Positions 1-5,921 of a DNA stretch of 8,085 nt are shown in pieces. The notes beneath the pieces were generated by a model, which worked only from the letters and a program-made list of their open reading frames with translations, was not told where the DNA came from and searched no databases. The DNA lies in contig JBHLPL010000089.1 in NCBI GenBank assembly GCA_048939465.1, forward strand, positions 1-8,085, written 5' to 3'. This stretch comes from Promethearchaeota archaeon. GTDB taxonomy: Archaea > Asgardarchaeota > Odinarchaeia > Odinarchaeales > JBHLKK01. The position numbers were made by a program, and so were the translations under genes. Every line of letters starts with the position of its first letter. Positions within the stretch are counted from its first letter, which is position 1.

Positions 1-837
1 GATTCTAATAATAGAAATGCCTGGCTCCGCTACGATTTAAAAACTGCCACCGTTGAAATTACATTAGGCGATGGTACCTCAAGGAAATATCAGGATGAGT
101 TGGTAGAGATATCGATCAACAAGCGTTCACGTATTTCGATGCACACACCGGGCGAAGGAAAACCATACATATTGACTCCGAAAGCAGAGTCGGGGGAATA
201 TATCCGCAAATTTATCCAATTAAGGCAGAGAGGGCGAGATAATCAGGCTCACTATACGGAAGGCAAGCATTTCGGCCCTATAGCAGATCTACCAGTACTG
301 AGAGATTGCGTATTAATCATTGTTGAAGACAGTGAAAATAGGCGTAAAGCAAATGCAAAGATTTGCGAAATATATGGAGTACCTTATATTCTTTGTTCTT
401 ATATGGAGGAAGCAATTGAGGAGCGTGCTAATCTGCCACGACGCATGCGAGTTGCTTTTGATGTGGACCTCGGTGGAACAGCATACGGAGGATGGATAAA
501 AGCTCTGGATTTAAAAAGTGAACCTTCTCCGAATACTACCGAACCTGGTCCTACATTGGACATTGAGACATTTATCGCGAGGAGATGGCCAAAAGACCGT
601 ATAATCCAGTGTTCTCGGCTTTTTGGAGGAAAAGCACTTCAATACGCATTATCACATCGGTTTGATCACATCTGCATCAGGGATGTTGATCCTGACATCA
701 TGGGGAGCCAATTCCGGTCGGTATTGAGTGGTCATGATGAAACGTCATGCACAACAAAAACGGCTCAAAACTCTGTGCTTTTTATCGCAGAAAAAGGTAT
801 TGATAATACTATGGATGGCATAACAATGATGTCGTAA
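1..837 (+). CDS. Hypothetical protein, 5'-truncated by the window edge; C-terminal half has degenerate receiver(REC)-like segments
   Basis: Frame 1 is open from base 1 (DSNNRNAWLRYDLKTATVEITLGDGTSRKYQDE, then L at 100) to TAA at 835-837. The track's TTG start at 100 is therefore probably internal, and 278 aa are visible. Segments VLIIVEDS...VAFDVDLGG and GGKALQYALSHRFDHICIRDVDPDIMG resemble REC motifs; this domain call is weak. Confidence 0.6.
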   Translation, partial: DSNNRNAWLRYDLKTATVEITLGDGTSRKYQDELVEISINKRSRISMHTPGEGKPYILTPKAESGEYIRKFIQLRQRGRDNQAHYTEGKHFGPIADLPVLRDCVLIIVEDSENRRKANAKICEIYGVPYILCSYMEEAIEERANLPRRMRVAFDVDLGGTAYGGWIKALDLKSEPSPNTTEPGPTLDIETFIARRWPKDRIIQCSRLFGGKALQYALSHRFDHICIRDVDPDIMGSQFRSVLSGHDETSCTTKTAQNSVLFIAEKGIDNTMDGITMMS

Positions 838-998
838 AACCTGACATATCGCCCTAATAGGCAACGGATTGAAAAAACTGTGAAAACTATTCGATGTGTT
901 GACTGTTCTTTTCCTATAAACTGATATCGTGAGTCATAAATAACGATTAGTCGATTATCTGTGGCTTATCCTGAGGTGAAATATAGGAAGCCGTAACA

Positions 999-1253
999 AT
1001 GTACTCGTATGTATTGATGTTAGCAATCTTGATGATTGGGGGAATGGTTATTTTTATTATTCTCCGTCTTGATGGGAGTTTTAAAGAGCTTGAAATCAGT
1101 CTTATCCCACCTAGAATTAAGATTAAAGAGGGGAAGTGGCGAGACAAGGAAAAGAAAGGCAAAGAGGACGATAAATCTAAACTGTCAGACTTAAGGCAAG
1201 GAGAAGCCTACGAAGAGGAGCTTGAAAATATCATTGAAAATAGGCAATCCTAA
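999..1253 (+). CDS. Small single-pass membrane protein (84 aa), hypothetical
   Basis: ATG is preceded by an AGGAAG SD-like motif. An N-terminal hydrophobic stretch (YVLMLAILMIGGMVIFIIL) is followed by a highly charged K/E/D-rich tail. Confidence 0.6.
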   Translation: MYSYVLMLAILMIGGMVIFIILRLDGSFKELEISLIPPRIKIKEGKWRDKEKKGKEDDKSKLSDLRQGEAYEEELENIIENRQS

Positions 1254-1333
1254 GTATCGAAAACTTAAAGCTATCTAAGGAGATAGAATGCTTTCTTAAT
1301 GTACTCCTGATTCTGAACGTTCGCCAGAAATAA

Positions 1334-1408
1334 TTGTATTTACAGACTATCTTGAAAGCCGCACACGTTTACCGGGACGGCCGGATAGAGCTGGAGTTTA
1401 GGGAATAA
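1334..1408 (+). pseudogene. Orphan 3' end of a probable large serine recombinase (resolvase/integrase family)
   Basis: An unannotated frame reads LYLQTILKAAHVYRDGRIELEFRE* (TAA 1406-1408). This resembles the terminal '(hydrophobic)-x-V-Y-x-D-G-x-I-E-(I/L)-x-F' beta-hairpin of large serine recombinases. It is preceded by an in-frame TAA at 1331-1333, and the frame is also open over 1244-1330. Recognised from memory, not by search. Confidence 0.5.
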
Positions 1409-1458
1409 TAATTGAATTGGCTTATAATAGTTTTATACTGACCGGAGTAGAGTGTTTC

Positions 1459-1950
1459 CTAAATATGCCCCATATCTGAAGTAGGGAAGTCGGTTGGGAA
1501 GCCTTTTGAATCTGTGTCTTTGTGTATGTTTCGTCTTTTTCTTGAGGGTTGGCTAGAGCGCTTCGGACTAAAGTAGGTATTGATGTGATCCCAAGTCTCT
1601 TCCCACCCTTTTAGAGTGTAAGGAGCATTATTCCTGAAAGAGATTCTTCGCAACCCGGCCCTTTCTTCTTCAGAAAGGTTGCTCTTCTTAAGGAGTAATT
1701 CAAGGCTTTCATCAGTGGCGACTTTTTCCCAGCTCCGGTGCTCGTCAGTCGAGTCATCAGCAAGGTAATCTATTGAGACATCAAGCTCGTCGGCTAAGCC
1801 ACGAAGAATCCGCAGGCCGGGATTCTTCTGTTGTCCGCTTTCAATCTGGTACAGGTACGACCTCTCCATGCCAACTTTATCAGCCAGCTGAGTGCGCCCG
1901 AGCTTCTTTACCTCGCGTAGGCCTTTAATCTTTTGCGCTAAAGTCGCCAT
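1459..1950 (-). CDS. XRE/Cro-C1 family helix-turn-helix transcriptional regulator (163 aa)
   Basis: The N-terminal LAQKIKGLREVKKLGRTQLADKVGMERSYLYQIESGQQKNPGLRILRGLADELDVSIDYL is a canonical HTH_3/XRE domain. About 95 aa of C-terminal extension follow. There is a GGGGA SD-like motif upstream, and the gene is divergent from the rSAM operon. Confidence 0.92.
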   Translation of the reverse strand: MATLAQKIKGLREVKKLGRTQLADKVGMERSYLYQIESGQQKNPGLRILRGLADELDVSIDYLADDSTDEHRSWEKVATDESLELLLKKSNLSEEERAGLRRISFRNNAPYTLKGWEETWDHINTYFSPKRSSQPSRKRRNIHKDTDSKGFPTDFPTSDMGHI

Positions 1951-1974
1951 TTTGATTCCCCACGAACGAATTAT

Positions 1975-2003
1975 ATTTTAAACCATTGTGAGTTATCAGT
2001 CAA
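1975..2003 (-). promoter_or_regulatory. sigma70-type promoter for the XRE gene
   Basis: Minus strand: TTGACT (2003-1998), 17-nt spacer, TAAAAT (1980-1975), ending 24 nt before the ATG at 1950. Confidence 0.7.
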
Positions 2004-2015
2004 ACATGATTGACT
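1998..2015. promoter_or_regulatory. Palindromic candidate operator covering both divergent -35 boxes
   Basis: AGTCAA-ACATGA-TTGACT: 16 of 18 positions are self-complementary (the only mismatched pair is 2004/2009). Each arm is the -35 hexamer of one divergent promoter. Confidence 0.6.
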
Positions 2016-2038
2016 TTTTAATATTCAGATTGTATAAT
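2010..2038 (+). promoter_or_regulatory. sigma70-type promoter P1 for the rSAM-UDG-HD operon
   Basis: TTGACT (2010-2015), 17-nt spacer, perfect TATAAT (2033-2038). Confidence 0.78.
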
Positions 2039-2100
2039 AAAAAAAACATATTGTTTACTACAACGATAATGACGATTACTATATAAAACGTTGGTGCAGT

Positions 2101-2129
2101 TTGACATTATCGGGATCTAGATTTAGAAT
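2101..2129 (+). promoter_or_regulatory. Second, tandem sigma70-type promoter P2 for the rSAM operon
   Basis: Perfect TTGACA (2101-2106), 17-nt spacer, TAGAAT (2124-2129). It lies upstream of the strong SD GGAGGTG (2160-2166) and the ATG at 2172. Confidence 0.68.
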
Positions 2130-2171
2130 GTTTGTCCTTGCCTCAATGGTTTACAGGTTGGAGGTGATGTA

Positions 2172-3242
2172 ATGACTAGCTACCGCCTCCGAGAGCTAAA
2201 GATAGAGGTCAATAGAGACTGCCCTCTCCAATGTCTTCATTGCTCATCTAATGGCATGCCTAAAGCTCCTGAACGCCTGAATCCACACAAAGTTTCTGAA
2301 CTGATAAAAGAGTTTGCTTACTTGGGTGGCGAAAAGTTATGTATTTCTGGCGGAGAGCCGTTGTGCTATCAAGAGTTGCCGGACGTAATTAGCACATGCC
2401 GGGGCAAAAATATTGATCTTTCTCTCTACACGACCGGCATTGCACGTAATGGCGGTCCTTCTAAACCCATATCAGAGAAGATGGCATTCTTCTTAGCTGA
2501 GCAAGGTGTTAAGGTCATATTCAGTATTCATGGTGCCAACGAAAAAACTCACGATACGCTTACCCAGGTGAAGGGTAGCTTTTTCGGGACATTAGCCGCT
2601 ATTGAAAAAACTATAAAGGCTGGAGCTCCGGTAGAACTTCATGTTGTCCCGACTGCTATGAACTTCAAAGAGCTCGTTGATATAGCTAGGTTAGCGGATT
2701 CGGTGGGCGTGAAGAAGATCAGCTGGCTTCGTTTCGTTCCACAAGGACGTGGATACCTGAATAGGAACGTTTTACAGCTAAATAAGGAACAACTGAAAGC
2801 CCTTACTAGTAAAAAAGCTGAAGTGAATAATACATGTCCGAATATTTCAATTAGGACTGGTGCTCCATTTAATATTCTTTGCCCACAGTTACCAGCACCA
2901 TGTGAAGCTGGAACGAGCGTTCTAACGATTACTCCTGATGGCTCCATTTCTCCTTGTGATGCTTTCAAGAGGTTTGATATCCCTGATAGATTCGGGAATG
3001 TTTTACGGGCGTCCCTTGCCGAAGTATGGCAAAATTCGCTGTTCTTGAATGCAGTTAGGGCTTTACATGAGTCTAGCTTAAACTCTTCGTGTTCTTCATG
3101 TGCTTTCTACTCTCGCTGTAATTCTGGCTGCCTCGCCCAAAAAGCAATCGTTGCGGGCACATTGACTGACGGTAAAGACCCTTGCTGCCCATTGGGAGAA
3201 GTCGAGGTAGTTAGGGATGAAGTCAAAGCAATCACAGTTTGA
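2172..3242 (+). CDS. Radical SAM protein with C-terminal SPASM domain (356 aa)
   Basis: CxxxCxxC at C17/C21/C24 (CPLQCLHC) and a GGEP motif (ISGGEPL). SPASM cysteine pattern: CEAG-x-PDGSISPC ... GNV...SLAEVW ... CSSCAFYSRCNSGC (Cx2Cx5Cx3C) ... DPCCP. Strong SD GGAGGTG. Confidence 0.95.
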   Translation: MTSYRLRELKIEVNRDCPLQCLHCSSNGMPKAPERLNPHKVSELIKEFAYLGGEKLCISGGEPLCYQELPDVISTCRGKNIDLSLYTTGIARNGGPSKPISEKMAFFLAEQGVKVIFSIHGANEKTHDTLTQVKGSFFGTLAAIEKTIKAGAPVELHVVPTAMNFKELVDIARLADSVGVKKISWLRFVPQGRGYLNRNVLQLNKEQLKALTSKKAEVNNTCPNISIRTGAPFNILCPQLPAPCEAGTSVLTITPDGSISPCDAFKRFDIPDRFGNVLRASLAEVWQNSLFLNAVRALHESSLNSSCSSCAFYSRCNSGCLAQKAIVAGTLTDGKDPCCPLGEVEVVRDEVKAITV

Positions 3243-3840
3243 TGACCTTATTGCACGGGTGCTGAATTGTAGCCTGTGTCCTCGAATGAGCCAACGAAAG
3301 CCCGTATTAAGTCTGTCAAACGGTAATTTGGACGCCCAGGTGGTTTTTGTCGCTGAAGCACCGGGCAGGCTTGGGGCAGATAAATTTGGTATTCCTCTAT
3401 TTGGCGACCAGACTGGTCGTAACTTTGATTGGCTTCTTTCCAATGCTGGTTTAAGTAGGGAGTCTATTTTTATTACCAACGCTATATTGTGTAATCCTAG
3501 GAAAGCTGATGGTAACAATGACTCGCCTGCAAAATCGGAAATTCGCAATTGTTCCGCGTATCTAAAAGAGACACTGGATATCATCAAGCCCAAATATGTT
3601 GTGTCATTGGGGAAAGTCGCCCTGACAGCTCTGAGAATTCTTCACCCTATTGAGATTGAACTGGGTAAAAGCGTAGGCCAGTTATTTTCTTGGAACGGAT
3701 GTAAAATATTTCCGCTATTTCATCCTGGGCCTAGGGCTTTTATTTGGCGATCTAGAGTTCAGCAGGCTGAAGATTACAGGGATCTCGGGCGTTTGTTAAA
3801 TGAGTCGACATATGCTACTGGAAGCCAATTATCCTTTTAG
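3217..3840 (+). CDS. Uracil-DNA glycosylase superfamily protein, Fe-S cluster type (family 4/5-like) (207 aa)
   Basis: Four putative [4Fe-4S] ligands (NCSLC, LCNP, RNCSAYL), motif A variant VAEAPGRLGAD, FITNAILC, IKPKYVVSLGKVA and motif B FHPG. Overlaps the rSAM 3' end by 26 nt and has a GAGGT SD-like motif. Confidence 0.92.
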   Translation: MKSKQSQFDDLIARVLNCSLCPRMSQRKPVLSLSNGNLDAQVVFVAEAPGRLGADKFGIPLFGDQTGRNFDWLLSNAGLSRESIFITNAILCNPRKADGNNDSPAKSEIRNCSAYLKETLDIIKPKYVVSLGKVALTALRILHPIEIELGKSVGQLFSWNGCKIFPLFHPGPRAFIWRSRVQQAEDYRDLGRLLNESTYATGSQLSF

Positions 3841-3849
3841 GGGAGTTAG

Positions 3850-5262
3850 ATGGAAGTAATTGGGCTGAATCCATTGAATGATGAGAACCTAGTGCCTGAG
3901 TTACAAAAGCGAGTTAAAGAAGGGCGGTTATCTTTTATTTCTGAAGATTGCCGCGAACAGATTAGTGATTTAGATTTATCAGAGGAAGAGAAACAGTTAG
4001 GCCATGAGAGTGCCTTGGATTTGTGGCAACCCTTAGTTGAGGATGCTGTAACATATCTCAAGATGTCTGACCCCAGAGAGTGGTCAGAGAAGTCCGGTGA
4101 GCCCAGTACACTGGAAGAAAAAAATAGCCTAAAGCCATTCGGCATAGAAAAGCTTAATGAGTATTTCATCCGGTTCATAGAGTTTGAAAAAATTCTATAT
4201 GGGGCCGAGAAGTATTACCGTGAGCATACCCTGCATGTGTTTCGCGTTTGGATGCTTGGGGCTCTTCTCTTGGATGACTGGTTTCAGGCCGGAGAGTACC
4301 CATGTGTAGAATTTTTCGCATATGTATCTAAGAGAACCGGTAAACCTGTTGAAGAACTCATCGACTCTCAAGAAATTCAAGCCATGTGGTGCATTATCGC
4401 CCTTAGCCATGACCTTGGATATCCTCTGCAAAAGGTAGATAAAATAAATGAGCAGACGCGAATAATGCTACGACAGTATGCGAGGGTCAATTTACAGGAT
4501 CTTAATTTCGATGTGCCTCAGCCACATCAGTTCATAAATGATTTCATTCTTAAGTTTATCAGTTCCCAAACAATCTTTGAGGATGAATACAGACAGCAGT
4601 CGGAGCCAAAGCAAAGAGAGTTGCCGGATAAGGAACGCGTATTCAGAACTCACGTGCAGGCGAAATATTATCTAAAGTATTCGAAATCCCTTGAAGATTT
4701 TGAACATGGCATCTTTAGTTCTGTTATATTGATGAAAAATCTCACTTACTTTCTGGAGTCAGATTATGACATGGATGAACTCAAACCTTTAGACTTCAAA
4801 GATGCCAAGCAATGTGCTATTAGAAGGGAGATCCTTCGAGCCATAGCCTGTCACACTTGTGAGGAAATTTATCATATACATCCCGATACGTTGGGTTTCG
4901 TATTGATTCTCTGCGACGAATTACAGAACTGGGGAAGGCCGGCTTTTGAGGAGATGCGAATTGCTCAATCATCACCATCCGTTGCGAGGCTAATGAAGTT
5001 TAATTCACGAGAGGTAGAGTATGAATTAGACTTGCCTGGAGATAAGAATGAGTTGCGTGAGTGGACGAGAGGAATATTTCAACGTCTTCACAAGATATTA
5101 CGTGTAGCTGTCGATGCCTCTGACAGGAAATGTACTTGCAAGATCACCATCAAGAGTAAAGATGGATTAACTGATAAATACGAATTCAGTTTCAAACCAG
5201 AGGAAAAGCAGAAGGTTCAATTTCTGAAAGATAATCATAGTTGGAATCCATGGAAAGATTGA
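3850..5262 (+). CDS. HD-domain metal-dependent phosphohydrolase (470 aa)
   Basis: Ordered HD-superfamily motifs: YREHTLHVFRV (H), ALSHDLGYP (HD), FEHGIFSS (H), AIACHT (H), LCDELQNWGRP (D). Starts 9 nt after the UDG stop, with a GGGAG SD. Confidence 0.88.
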   Translation: MEVIGLNPLNDENLVPELQKRVKEGRLSFISEDCREQISDLDLSEEEKQLGHESALDLWQPLVEDAVTYLKMSDPREWSEKSGEPSTLEEKNSLKPFGIEKLNEYFIRFIEFEKILYGAEKYYREHTLHVFRVWMLGALLLDDWFQAGEYPCVEFFAYVSKRTGKPVEELIDSQEIQAMWCIIALSHDLGYPLQKVDKINEQTRIMLRQYARVNLQDLNFDVPQPHQFINDFILKFISSQTIFEDEYRQQSEPKQRELPDKERVFRTHVQAKYYLKYSKSLEDFEHGIFSSVILMKNLTYFLESDYDMDELKPLDFKDAKQCAIRREILRAIACHTCEEIYHIHPDTLGFVLILCDELQNWGRPAFEEMRIAQSSPSVARLMKFNSREVEYELDLPGDKNELREWTRGIFQRLHKILRVAVDASDRKCTCKITIKSKDGLTDKYEFSFKPEEKQKVQFLKDNHSWNPWKD

Positions 5263-5374
5263 GATAATTCCCTCGTTGAAAGATTTATTGGTGAATACTC
5301 CTGTTACTCCGTTCTCACCCCCTTTTAGATAGCCTAGATACGCGGATTACAAACCATCATTAGAGTATTATTCA

Positions 5375-5404
5375 TTGCCTTATTCCCTTTAGGGCTGCTA
5401 TATT
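5375..5404 (+). promoter_or_regulatory. Possible internal promoter for the MazG-like ORF
   Basis: TTGCCT (5375-5380), 18-nt spacer, TATATT (5399-5404), with TGn directly upstream (extended -10 type). It lies in the 191-nt gap after the HD gene. Confidence 0.35.
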
Positions 5405-5453
5405 GGGTGTGCAAACATAAAAGTAAAATCGCGTGTAAAGGGGGGCAGGTTAT

Positions 5454-5741
5454 ATGGACTTAGCACAACGATTGATGTTTAGAATCGGATTTTTACACGC
5501 CCAAGTGAGTGGCATATTTGATGCTCTTAAACATATACTCCGAGGAACTGAAGCTTGGGAGCGTTCACGGGCGAATATGGCCTACGTTGAATCACAAGTA
5601 GGAGACTTGATAGTTCAAACTCATCTTCTTTGTGACCAGCTTAGCATTGATTATAAAAAATGTGAGCAGTTGGGCTGGAAGAGGTATGAGGAACTGAAAA
5701 CTAGTTGGGAGGGAAAGGGATACGGTGATAAGTGGGCTTAA
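5454..5741 (+). CDS. MazG-like (all-alpha NTP pyrophosphohydrolase fold) small protein, catalytic motifs degenerate (95 aa)
   Basis: ESQVGDLIVQTHLLCDQLSIDYKKCEQLGWKRYEE matches the MazG-like 'E-E-(L/I)-G-D-(V/L)...L...L-G-I-D...K...R' pattern. The first acidic motif reads HAQVSGIFDA instead of xEExGELxEA. G-rich SD upstream; an in-frame TAA at 5436-5438 fixes the start. Confidence 0.6.
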   Translation: MDLAQRLMFRIGFLHAQVSGIFDALKHILRGTEAWERSRANMAYVESQVGDLIVQTHLLCDQLSIDYKKCEQLGWKRYEELKTSWEGKGYGDKWA

Positions 5742-5777
5742 TAGCGGGGACTTGTATCTTATATCGATTAAGAGTGA

Positions 5778-5921
5778 TTAACTAATATGGTTTTTAAACT
5801 CCAGTGGCATACACTGCACTCCCCATTCATTACGATTTTCAAGCCAGGATTCAAAAGCTATTGCTAATTCATTAGATAGCACACGATGACCCTGCTCAAC
5901 TGATTTTGCTAGTACCTTGGT
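5778..5921 (-). pseudogene. Orphan C-terminal tail of a second Nmad2-like allele
   Basis: A start-less frame overlapping the Nmad2 stop reads TKVLAKSVEQGHRVLSNELAIAFESWLENRNEWGVQCMPLEFKNHIS* (TAA 5780-5778). QGHR...F..W.....G....PL(D/E)(W/F) is the C-terminal pattern I recall for Nmad2 proteins; not verified by search. Confidence 0.45.

Noticed and set aside
100-102. TTG start for the first ORF; likewise ATG 8017 and GTG 7559 starts from the track
   Set aside because: Frames at both window edges stay open beyond these codons (with a TIR beta-A motif upstream of 8017), and ATG 7550 gives a better ATGA-coupled start.
947-1162. 71-aa minus-strand ORF
   Set aside because: Antisense shadow of the 999-1253 gene; no motif or SD support.
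1271-1286. Hairpin CTATCT-AAGG-AGATAG after the small membrane gene; also AAGGAG followed by ATG-CTT-TCT-TAA (MLS*)
   Set aside because: The 6-bp AT-rich stem has no clean U-tract, too weak to call a terminator. The 3-codon mini-ORF could arise by chance.
2639-2968. 109-aa minus-strand ORF
   Set aside because: Entirely antisense to the well-supported radical SAM gene.
3096-3593. 165-aa minus-strand ORF
   Set aside because: Antisense to the rSAM and UDG genes; no recognisable domain.
2172-3840. Assignment of rSAM+UDG to the known TIGR03916/TIGR03915/TIGR03914 DNA-repair-linked module, or of the rSAM to viperin
   Set aside because: This rSAM has a full SPASM cysteine set, which those families lack, and no TIGR03915-like partner is visible.
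3846-4431. 110-aa and 78-aa minus-strand ORFs
   Set aside because: Antisense shadows within the HD gene.
5802-5880. Short inverted repeats between the convergent clusters (CAGTG/CACTG; GCTAT..CTAAT/ATTAG..ATAGC)
   Set aside because: Stems are short or imperfect and lack U-tracts. The region is better explained as a residual coding tail.
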